Shown here: positions 51,711 through 64,000 of the stretch, one piece after another
How the letters are laid out: each line of letters starts with the position of its first letter
Numbering within the stretch: the first letter of the stretch is position 1
Assembly: GCA_963771175.1 (NCBI GenBank)
Contig: CAVYSY010000032.1
Location: 576,001-640,000, forward strand
Reading direction: 5' to 3'
DNA length: 64,000 nucleotides
Origin: an uncultured delta proteobacterium
GTDB lineage: Bacteria > Myxococcota > Myxococcia > Myxococcales > Myxococcaceae
Notes under the pieces: model-generated
What the model was told of the DNA's origin: nothing
Seen by the model: the letters and a program-made list of their open reading frames with translations, nothing else
Databases searched by the model: none
Position numbers and translations under genes: made by a program

Positions 51711-52606
51711 CGGGTCTCTCCAGAAGAAGGGGTGGCCGCGTCGGCGGGCATGAGGAACCAGGTCACCACGGCTCCGGCGACGGCGAGCCCGGCGGTGCCC
51801 AGGAGAACGTTGGCGGCGGTGGCGCTGCTCCGCGCCTGCTGATGATGGGAGAGGAAATCGTCCTGGAACTCCGCGGTACGCGCGGCTTCCACCTGGCCTT
51901 GGGACGACAGACCGAAATACGTCCCCAACCCTCCGGCCACCGCGCCCGCGCCCACCAACGCCAGCGGCACCACGGGCAGTCGGCGCGGCCGCGCCTCCAC
52001 CGTCGGCGTGAGCGCGGGAGAAGGCGGCGCGGAGGGCACGAGCGCGCCCACCGGCTCGGATTTCTGCTCGGGCCTGTCGGTGGAGGCCGTCGGTGCGGGG
52101 ACCTGGGGAGTCGGCTCGGGGCCCACCGAGGGAGCCACGACCGGGCCGCTCGTGGACGCGGGCTTCTTCTGCCCCGGCTTGCTGGTGGCGACCGCTCCCC
52201 CCTTGTCCGCATCCTGCATGCGGTCCAGTTCCTGCCGCGCGCGCTCCCGCTGCTTCTCGAACTCGACCTCCACCTTGGGGGAGACGCGCAGGGGCAGCTT
52301 CGCCTCGGGGCTCAACAGGAGCGCCGTCTTGAACGTGTCGCGCGCCTCCTGCCACCGTCCCATTTCCGCGAGGATGATGCCCTCGTGGATCGCGATGGAG
52401 ACGTCCTCCTCGACGCCTCGCGCCACGCGCTTGGCCCGCTCGAGCTGCTTGAGCGCACGCTCGTATTCGAGGCTCTCATAGAGCCGGACGGCGGCGGTCA
52501 GGTAGCGCTTGAAGTCATTGGCCGCATGGGCGGAGCGCAGGGGGCTCCCCACCCACAAGAGGGCCAGGACGAGCAGCGCGAATGCTCGACTATTAGACAG
52601 GCACAT
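51707..52606 (-). CDS. TPR-like protein with Pro-rich linker and C-terminal membrane segments
   Basis: [26 protein letters not shown]; overlaps the start of the next gene. Confidence 0.7.
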   Translation of the reverse strand: MCLSNSRAFALLVLALLWVGSPLRSAHAANDFKRYLTAAVRLYESLEYERALKQLERAKRVARGVEEDVSIAIHEGIILAEMGRWQEARDTFKTALLLSPEAKLPLRVSPKVEVEFEKQRERARQELDRMQDADKGGAVATSKPGQKKPASTSGPVVAPSVGPEPTPQVPAPTASTDRPEQKSEPVGALVPSAPPSPALTPTVEARPRRLPVVPLALVGAGAVAGGLGTYFGLSSQGQVEAARTAEFQDDFLSHHQQARSSATAANVLLGTAGLAVAGAVVTWFLMPADAATPSSGETR

Positions 52607-52766
52607 GGCGCGGCATCCTACCGCGCATCCACGAGCGAACAGAGGCCGTGGCGACTCGGAATCCATCGATGTTCATGCACCCATTCACACCCGGCCATGG
52701 GCAGAGTGGCGGATGCTGGGCGATTTCTTGCCCGAGCCTTTTCCCCACCTGAGACTACATCGCCCC

Positions 52767-53561
52767 ATGAAGCAATATCTGGCCCTGCTCGAGCACGTCC
52801 TGAACCACGGGACCCGGAAGAGCGATCGGACCGGCACCGGAACGCTGAGCATCTTCGGTCATCAGATGCGGTTCGACCTCACGCAGGGGTTCCCGCTGGT
52901 GACGACGAAGAAGCTGCACCTCAAGTCCATCATCCACGAGCTGCTGTGGATGCTCGCGGGCGGCACCAACGTGAAGGACCTGCAGAAGCACGGCGTCACC
53001 ATCTGGGACGAGTGGGCGGACGCGGAGGGCAACCTCGGCCCCATCTACGGACACCAGTGGCGCTCGTGGCCCAAACCCGGCGGCGGCTCCATCGACCAGA
53101 TGACCCAGCTCGTCGAGCAGCTCCGCGAGAATCCGGACTCGCGGCGGCACATCGTCAGCGCGTGGAACGTGGCGGACCTGGACGCGATGAAGCTGCCGCC
53201 CTGCCACATCCTCTTCCAGTTCTACGTGGCGGAGGGCCGGCTCTCCTGCCAGCTCTACCAGCGCAGCGCGGACATCTTCCTCGGCCTGCCCTTCAACATC
53301 GCCTCCTACGCGCTGCTGACGATGATGGTGGCGCAGGCGACGGGGCTCCAGGCGCACGAGTTCATCCACACCACGGGTGATGCGCACCTGTACCTCAACC
53401 ACCTGCAGCAGGCCCGCGAGCAGCTCCAGCGCGAGCCGCGGCCGCTGCCCAGGATGACGCTCAACCCCGAGGTCCGCTCGCTGTTCGACTTCAAGTACGA
53501 GGACTTCACGTTGAGCGGCTACGAGCCCCATCCCGCCATCAAGGCGCCGGTCGCCGTATGA
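52767..53561 (+). CDS. thyA: Thymidylate synthase
   Basis: [29 protein letters not shown]. Confidence 0.97.
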   Translation: MKQYLALLEHVLNHGTRKSDRTGTGTLSIFGHQMRFDLTQGFPLVTTKKLHLKSIIHELLWMLAGGTNVKDLQKHGVTIWDEWADAEGNLGPIYGHQWRSWPKPGGGSIDQMTQLVEQLRENPDSRRHIVSAWNVADLDAMKLPPCHILFQFYVAEGRLSCQLYQRSADIFLGLPFNIASYALLTMMVAQATGLQAHEFIHTTGDAHLYLNHLQQAREQLQREPRPLPRMTLNPEVRSLFDFKYEDFTLSGYEPHPAIKAPVAV

Positions 53562-54034
53562 GGATCTCCGCCATCGTGGCGATGGCCGCCAACCGGTGCA
53601 TCGGCAAGGACAACGCCCTGCCCTGGCGGCTGCCGGCGGACCTCAAGCGCTTCAAGCAGCTCACGATGGGGCACACGCTCGTCATGGGTCGCAAGACGTA
53701 CGAGTCCATCGGCCGGCCGCTGCCAGGAAGGAGCACCATCGTGGTGACGCGCCAGCGGGACTACGCGCCCGAGGGCGTCCAGGTGGCGCACTCCCTGGAG
53801 CAGGCGCTGGAGCTGGCACGCGGCGACGAGGTCTTCATCGCGGGCGGCGCGGACCTCTACCGGCAAGCGATGGACCGGGTGCGGCGCCTGTACCTCACGC
53901 GGCTCGACCGCGAGTACGCGGGCGACGCCTTCTTCCCCGCGCTGGACCTGTCCGGCTGGAAGCTCGTCGAGGAGGCACACCACCCCGCCACCGCTACCGA
54001 GCCGTCCTTCTCCTTCCTCACCTACGAGCGGTAG
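53558..54034 (+). CDS. folA: Dihydrofolate reductase
   Basis: [29 protein letters not shown]. Confidence 0.96.
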   Translation: MRISAIVAMAANRCIGKDNALPWRLPADLKRFKQLTMGHTLVMGRKTYESIGRPLPGRSTIVVTRQRDYAPEGVQVAHSLEQALELARGDEVFIAGGADLYRQAMDRVRRLYLTRLDREYAGDAFFPALDLSGWKLVEEAHHPATATEPSFSFLTYER

Positions 54035-54074
54035 ACGCGCGCACCGTCGGGCAGGACACACCCCCGTCCGGCTG

Positions 54075-54099
54075 AATTTTGATTTTGATTCTCAAAATT
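54075..54099. promoter_or_regulatory. Fur-box-like AT-rich inverted repeat
   Basis: AATTTTGATTTTGATTCTCAAAATT with 7-1-7 core TGATTTT-G-ATTCTCA, upstream of the iron permease. Confidence 0.65.
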
Positions 54100-54133
54100 G
54101 AAATATGGGGCTGGGACTGGTAGAGGGTGGACC

Positions 54134-55984
54134 GTGAAGCGCATCGGCCTCCTGCTCCTGTCCCTGCTGCTCGCGGTCCCCTGGCGCTCCGCCGAGGAGG
54201 GCGCGTCGAGGCGCGCACCTGGCACCGGCTGGTCGGCATCCTCCAGTACCTGGAGGCGGACTACCCGCTGGCGGTGCGAGCCGAAGTCGGCCTTCGAGCT
54301 GGCCGAGCAGCGGGCCTTCGCCGCGGAGGCGGTGGCCGCGGCGGCCCGAGCTGGGCCCGGAGGGCGAGCGCTTCGTCCCGCGGGTGCGCGCGCTGCAGGA
54401 GCAGGCGTGGCGGCGGCGGCCCCCGAGGGCGTGAGCCGCGACTGCGCGCGCTGGTGGAGGAGCTGGTGCAGGCGGGGGGCCTCGCGCGCGCGCCGCGCAC
54501 GGCGCCGGACCTCGCGCTGGGCCGCGAGCTCTACGCCGGCGCGTGCGCCGACGTGCCACGGCCCGGACGGGCGCGCGCAGGTGCCGCTCGCGAAGACGCA
54601 GGAGCCGCCGCCTTCCAACTTCCACGACGCGGACGTGATGGCGGGGCTCACCGCCTACCGGGCCTTCAACACCACCGCTTCGGCATCCCCGGCACCGCCA
54701 TGGCCGGCTTCCCCGCCCTGAGCGAGGAGCAGCGCTGGAGCCGTCGCCTTCTACCTCTTCACCCTGCGCCAGCCCCCCTGCGAGGGCACGCCGCCGCGCG
54801 CCCGCTGGAGCAGCTGGCCACCTCACGCGACCCGCAGCTCGCGCAGGCCTTCGGCGGCGAGGCGCAGCTGCCCTGCCTGCGCCGCAGCTGCCGCGAGGCG
54901 GACGAGGGCGCGCGCTGGCCAGCGCCCGCGCCGACGTGGAGCGCGCGCTGCGGCTGGGGCAGCAGGGAGACCTGGCGGGCGCGCGCTACGCGCTGCTGGA
55001 TGCCTACCTGAAGGGAGTGGAGCCCGCGGAGGCCACCCTGCGCCTGCGCAGCCCCGGGCTGGTGCAGGAGCTGGAGCGGGCTTCCTGGCGCGCGGCTACG
55101 CCGCCGAGCAGCGGCAGCCCGACACCTGCAGGCGAGGGCCGCGTGCCCTGTCGCCGCCTGGACAAGGCGCGCCGACGAGGGCGCGCCCACGCTTCCTCTC
55201 GGTGTTCTGGCTCACGCTGCTCATCCTGCTGCGCGAGGGCTTCGAGGCCACCCTCATCGTCGCGGCGCTGCTCGCGGTGCTGCAAGAAGCTGCAGGCCCC
55301 CGCGCAGGCGCGCCTGGTGCACGCGGGCTGGGTGTGCGCGCTGGTGGTGGGTGCGCTGGCCTTCCTCTTCGGGCGCCAGCTGCTGGCCGGCGCCAACCGG
55401 AGCTGATCGAGGGCCTCACCGCGCTCGTGGCGGTGGCGATGCTGCTGTACTCGGCGCTGTGGCTCAACGCGCGCGCCCACATCAGCCAGTTCATGGGCGA
55501 GCTGCGCCAGAAGATGCAGGGCGCGCTCGGCCGCGGCAGCCGCGTCGGCCTCTTCGTCATCTCCTTCAGCGCGGTGCTGCGCGAGAGCGTGGAGACGGCG
55601 GTGTTCCTCCAGGGACTGGCGCTCGACTCGGTCGAGCGGGGTGGCCGTGGGGCTGGCCGCGGGCGCTGGTGCTCACCGCGCTCGTGCTCTTCGTGCGCCG
55701 CGTGGGCTACAGGCTGCCCATGAAGACGCTCTTCAAGGGCGTCCACGGTGCTGATGGTGGTCACCGCCGTCATCCTGCTCGGCAAGGCGCTCCACGCGCT
55801 GCAGGAGGTGGCGGTGGTGCCGCCTCAGCCCATCCCCTTCGTCACGGTCGACCTGCTCGGCGTCTACCCGGATGCCATGTCGCTCATCCCGCAGGCGGTG
55901 CTGACGGCCATCCCGCTCATCTGGCTCGTCATCAAGCGGCGCGGCGGCACCACGCGGCTGGCGGACGCCTCGTCGCAGGGGTAG
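54134..55984 (+). CDS. Cytochrome c / FTR1 family iron permease (many frameshifts)
   Basis: LQYLEADY, LLREGFEA and LRESVET motifs spread across several frames. Confidence 0.75.
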
Positions 55985-55987
55985 GCG

Positions 55988-57938
55988 TCACGAGGCCAGC
56001 AGCGACTGCACCAGCCCGCGGAGCTCCTGGGAGGAGAAGGGCTTCTCCAGCCGGTGGTTGCTCACGCGGCCCAGGAACGCGCGGGCATTCGTCGTGAAGG
56101 CCCCTCCCGACAGGAACACGAACCGCTCGGCCAGCTCCGGCGAGTGGCTCGCGAGCTCCTGGTGCAGGTCCATCCCGCTCATCTCCGGCATCATCACGTC
56201 GCACAGGATGACGTCGAAGCGCTCACCGCCCGTGAGCCGCGCATGGGCCTCCCGCGCGCTCGTCAGCACCACGACCTCGTGCTCGCGCTGGAGCGTGCGG
56301 CGGATGGCCATGCCGATCAGCGGCTCGTCGTCCACGACCAGGATCCGCCCCCGCCGCGACACCGCGGGACGCCAGGGCGGGCGGCGGCGCCTCGGCGGCG
56401 AGTGAGGCCGGGAATGGCGGCGGGCAGGATGACCCGGAAGGTGGCTCCCCTTGCCCGACCTCGCTCTCCACCTCCATCCGTCCGCCGAAGCCGGTCACGA
56501 TGTCGTGGCAGATGGACAGGCCGAGCCCCGTCCCCACTCCGACGGGCTTCGTCGTGAAGAACGGCTCGAAGAGCTGCTCCAGGTGCTCCGGCGGACATGC
56601 CCGACGCCCGTGTCGCGCACCTCGATCAGCCACGCCCTCGGCATGGGGCCGCGTGACGATGCGGATCTCATTCCGCTCCACGTCCCCCTCGGGGATGGCC
56701 TGCGCCGCGTTGACGAGCAGGTTCAGGAACACCTGCCCGAGCCGGCCCTCGTTCGCCGCGACCACGAGCGGCTCGGTGTAGTCCGCACCAGCCGCGCGCG
56801 GTGACGGATCTCCGTTCGAGGCCATGCTGATGGCGGTCTCGAGCACCCGGTGGACGTCCACGGGCTCCGGCCGGGCGTCCTCTTCCGTGCGCGAGAACAT
56901 CTTGAGCTGCCGGACGATGTCCCGCACGCGGCCCGCCCCGAGCTGCGCATCGGAGAGCAGCTTGCGGACGTCCTCCCGGTGGCCGGCGGGCAACCCCAGC
57001 TCGGGGAGCACCTCCGACTCCAGGTGGGTGAGGTTGGCGATCGCATAGGCGAGCGGGTTGTTGATTTCGTGAGCGATGCCCGCCGCGAGCGTCCCGAGCG
57101 AGGCCATGCGATCCGCGCGCAGAAGCTGGACCTCCATCTGCTTGCGATCGGTCAGGTCGTGCACGATCCGGATCAGGCAGGGCCGGCCCTCGAACATGCC
57201 AGGAACCTGGGAGATCTCCGCGGGAACGACGCCTCCGGACTTGCGAAGGATACGGACCTCCCACGACGACACCGCCTTGCCCGCCCGCAATGCCTCGCGG
57301 ACCTCGCGAGGGACCGACGCGAAATCCTCCGGGTGGATGAAGGCGGTCGCCAGCTCCGCCGAGGACAGCCCCAGGAGTTCCTCCGGAGAACCGCACCCGA
57401 GCAGCGTGACGAGCGTGGGGTTGACGTAGACGAGCTGGTCGCCCTGCAGCACGGAGATGCCATCGGGCAGCCGCTCGATGAGCGTGTGGAAGCTCACCTG
57501 GGAGCGGCGCAGCGTCTCCCGCGTGCGCGAGTGCTGGAGCGCATAGCGGATCGCCCGCTCCAGGAGGGTCGGGAGTGAGCTGGGACTTCACGAGGAAGTC
57601 GTCGGCGCCGGCCTCCAGGGCCCGCTGGTCGATCTCATCATCCCCCAACCCGGTCAGCAGGATGACCGGGCCGCGCCAGCCCCGCTGCCGCACCTGCGCG
57701 AGCAGCTCGAGCCCCGTCATCGCACCGAGGTGATAGTCGAGCAGGCACACGTCGTGGCCCCCGGCCTCCACCGCGGCGAGCGCATCCTCTCCGGTCGACA
57801 CCCACTCGAGCACCATCCGCCCCGAGCCGATGGAACGCAGGGTGTCGCGCGTCACCACGAAGTCGTCCTCGTCGTCCTCGACGAGCAGGACCCGAATGGG
57901 TGGCTGGCCTCTCTCAGTCTTCATGGGGAGCCGTCGCG

Positions 57939-57942
<4 letters not shown>
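55988..57942 (-). CDS. Hybrid sensor kinase REC-PAS-HisKA-HATPase-REC (frameshifts ~57570, ~56810, ~56600, ~56440)
   Basis: LLVEDD, AHEINNPL, NAAQAI, FFTTK..G.GTGLGL, ILVVDDE. Confidence 0.8.
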
Positions 57943-59225
<1,283 letters not shown>

Positions 59226-59375
59226 GCAAATCCCTCGCGAGACGCCTTGTTGCGCACCGTCTCGAATACAGTAGCGCCAGAAAAAGGGAGCGAAAGCGTA
59301 GCATGGGCACCGTGAATGTAAAGGCGGGCCACGGCCAGAAGAGGGCCTCGAGGGAACAAAAGTCCCCTCCTCCGC

Positions 59376-60891
59376 TCAGGTTGGGAAGTAGCGGCCGGCG
59401 GCCTCTCGCACCCGGCCCTCGCCCTGCAGCTTCAGCAGCACCGCCAGTGCGCTCCGCTCAGCCACTGGGTACAGGAACGGAGGCGTCTCCGCGTAGGCCC
59501 GCGCCACCACCTCGGCCAGCGTCGCGCCCCCGGTTGGCACCGCCTCCACGATGCGAGCCTCGCGCGCGGCGCGGTGGTCCAGGTACTCCTGAAGCTTCCC
59601 GGGCCCGTCCGGAATCGCCGTGCCGTGCGACGGGTGCAGCGTCGTCACCGGCCAGTCCCGCAGCCGAGCGAGCTGCTTCAGGTACTCGCCCATGTCGCCC
59701 TCGGGAGGATCGATGACGATGGTGCCCACGCTCGCCACCATGTCGCCCACCACCGCCGCGTGCGTCCGCTCGTCCACGAGACACAGGTGGCCCCGCGCGT
59801 GACCCGGCGTGTGCAGCACCCGCCAGCGCTGCGGCGGAGTCCCCGCCAGTTCCAGCACCTCGCCGTCCTCCAGCAGCCGCTCCGCCGGCACGTCCAGCCG
59901 ATCCGCCGTCCGGGCGTGGCACCACAGCGGCACCTTCAGCCGCTCCATCACCCGACGCACCCCGCCCACGTGGTCCTCATGGTGGTGCGTCAGCATCACC
60001 GCTCGGACCCGGCACCCGTCCGCCACCAGCCCCTCCACCATCGCCAGGAGCCGTGCCACCTCGGCCTCGTCGTCCGTCCCCGGGTCCACGATGAGCAGCT
60101 CGCCGTTGCCCAGCACGTACGTGTTGGTGTGCGTGGCCGGCGGCAGCGTGGCGGTCCGCAGCGGGAACACCCGCACGCCCTGGTGGAACTCGATGCGCTG
60201 CGCGATGAAGTCCGGGCAGTGGGGCTGCTCGCACAGGCGCGCCCTCGCGCCCTCGGCCGTGTCGAAGCGAGCCATCACCCGCAGTACGTGCAGCGCGGGC
60301 GGGTGCAGCAGCGCCGTCCCCTGCTCCCAGCGGGCCAGCGCCTCGGCGGGCGTCACCCAGGCCGCCTCCGACAGCTCCCCGGGCCACCACTCCGCCAGGG
60401 CGTGCGCCGGCGCCTCCACCAGGTAGAAGAAGGTGTCGAAGCGGACGGGCGCGAACTCGGGCGTCACCCAGCGCCCCGCCTCGGGGAAGTCCTCCGCCCT
60501 CAGTGCCAGCTCGTGCCGCAGCAGCAGCTCCGCCCACGAGCTCCGCTTCTCCAGCAGCGCGCGGCGCGCTTCCCGGAGCTGCTCGGCACTCAGCCGCTCG
60601 GCGCCCTCGGCCACCAGCACCCCGGTCTCCTCGAAGAGCTCGCGCGCCGCCGCCACGCGCAGCGCCGCCTCCTCGCCCCGAGGCCCCGCGCACCGGCACC
60701 GCCGCGTCCGCCTTGTCCACCTTGCCGCCGGGGAAGGCGTAGAAGCCCCCCGCGAAGGCGAGCGCCTTCTCGCGCTTCACCCAGAAGACCTCCACGCCCT
60801 CGCGCGCCTCGCGGTACAGCACCACCACCGACGCGGGCCGCGTCGCCGCGACCGGAGGCGGCGGAGGCATCCCGGGAATCGCTTCGCTCAT
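59376..60891 (-). CDS. NUDIX + MBL-fold hydrolase fusion (frameshift ~60680)
   Basis: FPGG...AARELFEETG, RFDT.F, THHHEDH, HTPGH. Confidence 0.85.
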
Positions 60892-62177
60892 GATTGCACC
60901 GTCTGGCCCAGCAACCGGACCATCATGTTGCGCGCATCTTCAATCTGGTCCGGCCGCACGTACAGGCGCGACAGCCGGACCGAGCCGCTGTAGCGCTGGT
61001 AGAGCGGCGTGTAGCGCGCCACCTCCGTCAGCCGGCCGGTGGATGCGTCGATGATGTAGAGGCTCGGGCTCGTGCCCTCCGCGAAGTACTTGGAGAGCAC
61101 CCCCTTCGACTCCACCGTGAAGTGCTCGAAGCCGCCCGTCACCAGCGCGCTGCGCAGCACGTCCAGGTCGTAGCCCACGTCGCGCTCGGTGAACTGCGCC
61201 AGCAGCTTGAAGCCCTGGCGCGTGGCGATGCGCTGGGCCCACGGGTTCTTCGAGCGGCGCAGCGTGTACCAGAGCGCCACGTCGTCGCAGAAGAGGAAGG
61301 CCTCCGGGTCGGAGGGAATCTCGAACTCGCCGGGCGCCTCCTCGTAGTAGCGCCGCAGCATGTAGTCGAAGTTCACCGAGGTGTGGTGGTAGTACACCGA
61401 GACGAACATGTGGTAGCGGCTGAGGAGGAAGTCCTCGAAGGCGAACGCCGCCGCCCGGCTCAGCGCCAGGTACGCCCGGCCGCCCTTCTCCGCCGGGTTG
61501 AGGTTGGAGACGATCCAGTCCATGTCGTACCGGCCGTAGTTCACTCCCGTGTAGAAGGAGTCGCGCAGCAGGTAGTCCATGCGGTCCGCGTCCAGCTCGC
61601 CGGACACGATGGCGCGCAGCAGCGGCGTCCAGTCCACCCCGGCGTGGGAGAAGTTCGGCTCCTGCGGCGGCCGGGCCCCGGTGATGAGCGCCACCGCCGC
61701 CGAGGGGGTGATGCCCAGCGGCCCATAGCGCTGCTCGATGATGGGGGTGAGCGAGCTGTCCAGGAGGAGCTTGGCGGTGAAGTCTTCGTGCGTGGCCTGC
61801 TCGCCCTCCGCCACGGAGTCCAGCCAGGGGGGCAACCTCAGGGACGCGCGCGGCGGGGCGATGCGTTCCGAGGCGTGGGAGAGGGGCATGTGCCCCAGGT
61901 CGTGACACAGCACGGCCAGACGCACCGCGGCACTGAAGCGCGCGCGGACATCGGAGGGAAGCGAGGAACGGCCTGCTACAGCGTGGAACAGCCGGGAGGC
62001 GACGTGCATGGCCCCGAGCGAGTGGGCGTGCCGGGTGTGGGTGGCGCCTGGGAAGGCCAGGTCGCCGAACCCGAGCTGCCGCACATGGCGCAGCCGCTGG
62101 TAGTAGCGGCTGTCGATGACGGCCTTCTCCTCGTCACTCACGTCGATGGTGCCGTGGATGGGGTCGCGAATCCGCAT
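60888..62177 (-). CDS. HD-domain phosphohydrolase (SAMHD1/dNTPase-like)
   Basis: IRDPIHG, QRLR..RQLG, HSLG, HDLGH, DADRMDYL.RD. Confidence 0.9.
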   Translation of the reverse strand: MRIRDPIHGTIDVSDEEKAVIDSRYYQRLRHVRQLGFGDLAFPGATHTRHAHSLGAMHVASRLFHAVAGRSSLPSDVRARFSAAVRLAVLCHDLGHMPLSHASERIAPPRASLRLPPWLDSVAEGEQATHEDFTAKLLLDSSLTPIIEQRYGPLGITPSAAVALITGARPPQEPNFSHAGVDWTPLLRAIVSGELDADRMDYLLRDSFYTGVNYGRYDMDWIVSNLNPAEKGGRAYLALSRAAAFAFEDFLLSRYHMFVSVYYHHTSVNFDYMLRRYYEEAPGEFEIPSDPEAFLFCDDVALWYTLRRSKNPWAQRIATRQGFKLLAQFTERDVGYDLDVLRSALVTGGFEHFTVESKGVLSKYFAEGTSPSLYIIDASTGRLTEVARYTPLYQRYSGSVRLSRLYVRPDQIEDARNMMVRLLGQTVQS

Positions 62178-62286
62178 GGTTCTCCTCTCATACTTCCTGG
62201 GACTGCACGGCGGCCAGCCAATCAGCCACAGCAGACTGTCATCCCCCCAGGGGACGTGCTAACCCTGAATGCACTCAGCACCCCGC

Positions 62287-63412
62287 ATGCACATCGCCAT
62301 CCTGTACAACCGAGACCACGAGCTGTTGGAGGACGACCCGGGTCGGGAGGCGCGAGAAGACGTAACGCGCGTGGCCGCCGCGCTCTCCGAGGCCCTCTCC
62401 CGAGGCGACGTCCACGCCGAGCCGCTCGCCGTCGAGGGCTCCCGGCTGGAGTTCGTGGACCTGCTCGCTCGGATGCAGCCCGACCTGGTCATCAACCTCT
62501 GCGAGTCCATGGCCGCCGACAGCCGGGGGGAGATGATCGTTCCCTGCCTGCTGGACATGCTGGGCCTGCCCTTCACCGGCTCGCCCGCCCTGTCGCTGGG
62601 CCTGGCCCTGCACAAGGACAAGGCCAAGGAGCTGCTCCGGGCGCGCGGCGTCTCCACCCCGGGCTTCGCGCGGGTGGAGCGGCTCGAGGACGTGGGCACG
62701 GTGGACCTGCCCTTCCCCCTCATCGTCAAGCCCTCGCGCGAGGACGCCAGCGTGGGCATCAGCAACGACTCGGTGGTGCACGACCGGGCCGCCCTGGGCC
62801 GCGCGGTGGAGGCGGTGCTGCGCACCTTCCACCAGCCCGCCATCGTGGAGCAGTTCATCGCCGGGCGTGAAATCTACGTCCCGCTGCTGGGCAACCACCC
62901 GCGCCGGGCCCTGCCGCTCACGGAGATCCGCTTCGGGAAGATCTTCGAGGACCGGCCCAACATCGTCACCTACGCGGCGAAGTGGGAGACTGACCTCGGC
63001 CGACTACCAGCAGACCCCGTCGGGACTGTGCCAGCTCGAGGACCCCGCGCTGGAGGCCCGCATCGTCCAGACGGCGATGGCGGCCTTCGCCGCGCTGGAG
63101 TGCCGGGACTACGGGCGCGTGGACCTCCGGGTCTCGCCCCAGGGCGTGCCGTACGTCATCGACATCAACCCCAACTGCGACCTCCACCCCGAGGCGGGAT
63201 TCGCCAAGGCCGCGCGCGCGGCCGGCATCGACTACCCCGCCCTGGCCACACGACTGGTGGAGATCGCACTCGAGAGAACCCATGGACATCAGACCCCTCG
63301 AAGGAAAGGATCGGGAGCCACTCGCTTCGTTGATCCATCGAATCGAAACGTTCTCGCCGGAAGAAATGACGGTCGCCGTCGAGCTCGTCGATCTCGCGCT
63401 TCAGCCGAATAA
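62287..63412 (+). CDS. D-Ala-D-Ala ligase-like ATP-grasp protein (frameshift ~62990)
   Basis: NLCES, PFTGS, IVKP..EDASVGI, EQFIAGRE, YGRVDLR, DINPN. Confidence 0.8.
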
Positions 63413-63750
63413 CCCCGACTACAAGATTCTCGTCGCGGACCGGGACGGGAAGCTCGTGGGCTACGTGTGCTACGGCCCCACGCCGATGACCGAGGGGACG
63501 TACGACCTGTACTGGATCGCCTCGGACCCGACGGTGCGCGGCCAGGGCGTGGGCGCCTCGCTGATCGCCGGCATGGAGGGGGACCTGCGCCGTCTGAACG
63601 CCCGCCTCATCCGCGTGGAGACGAGCGCCACCGAGGCCTACGGCCCCACCCGCGGCTTCTACGCCTCCATGAAGTACACGGAGGAGGCGCGCTATCCGCG
63701 ACTTCTACAAGGTCGGCGACGACCTGATCATGCTGACCAAGCGAATCTGA
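63282..63750 (+). CDS. GNAT acetyltransferase (frameshift ~63693; absent from ORF track)
   Basis: Hand translation: MDIRPL...YDLYWIA...RGQGVGASL...VETS...FY...DFYKVGDD. Confidence 0.8.
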
Positions 63751-63786
63751 GCGGCTCCAGGTCCCCACACCGGAGCACGGTGAGTG

Positions 63787-64000
63787 ATGCGACTTCCCAG
63801 AAAAGCCCTCCTCCCGATGGGCGCCGCGCTCCTGAGCCTGGCGCTCGTGCAGTGCAAGCAGCAGGACAAGGCGCCCGAGGCCGCCCCCAGGGCCCAGACG
63901 CAACAGGTCCAGCCAGCCCCCCAGGCCCAGGCTCCGGCCGAGCGCTCCGACGTGCTCGCGGCGCGCCGGCCCCAGGGCGGCGAGTACATGGGGCTGTACC
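63787..64000 (+). CDS. Lipoprotein, 5' part (runs off window)
   Basis: MRLPRKALLPMGAALLSLALVQC signal peptide ending in a lipobox-like Cys. Confidence 0.6.
   Translation, partial: MRLPRKALLPMGAALLSLALVQCKQQDKAPEAAPRAQTQQVQPAPQAQAPAERSDVLAARRPQGGEYMGLY

Noticed and set aside
49059..52355. 1098-aa N-terminally extended ORF
   Set aside because: The first ~215 aa are an alternate frame of the upstream gene; the true start with lipobox is at 51710
56851..56860. TGGACGTCCA core of the palindrome
   Set aside because: Lies inside a coding region and lacks the CTTC/GAAG arms; likely chance

Overview
GC-rich myxobacterial (Archangium/Cystobacter-like, inferred from gene content) chromosomal window with about 55 genes. 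Housekeeping genes: etfAB, an acyl-CoA dehydrogenase, fsa/tal, kdsD, folK, dapB-dapA-lysA, mutM, sod, ku, queG, thyA-folA, an FTR1 iron permease and two-component kinases. Three accessory loci stand out. (1) 2.5-10.6 kb: a co-directional cassette of a PqqD/RRE protein, a ~1950-aa Ig-like/FG-GAP lipoprotein, a 46-aa YxxP-leader peptide missing from the ORF track (4197-4337), an HPr-kinase-like protein and an S26-peptidase/GNAT fusion, followed by an EamA transporter. It looks like a RiPP-type peptide-modification system with no cyclase or radical SAM enzyme and is the best candidate for an undescribed system. (2) 18.8-23.8 kb: a Ser/Thr kinase-DUF2381 pair facing a Tox-REase-5/Imm52 toxin-immunity pair. 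(3) 37.4-41.7 kb: a SitA5-like toxin with tandem pentapeptide-like immunity paralogues separated by copies of the toxin 3' end, bracketed by an 18-20 bp perfect palindrome. Many genes, including core ones, carry small frameshifts, most likely sequencing or assembly indels. Family names come from motif recognition, not from database searches. No rRNA, tRNA, CRISPR array or transposase was recognised.
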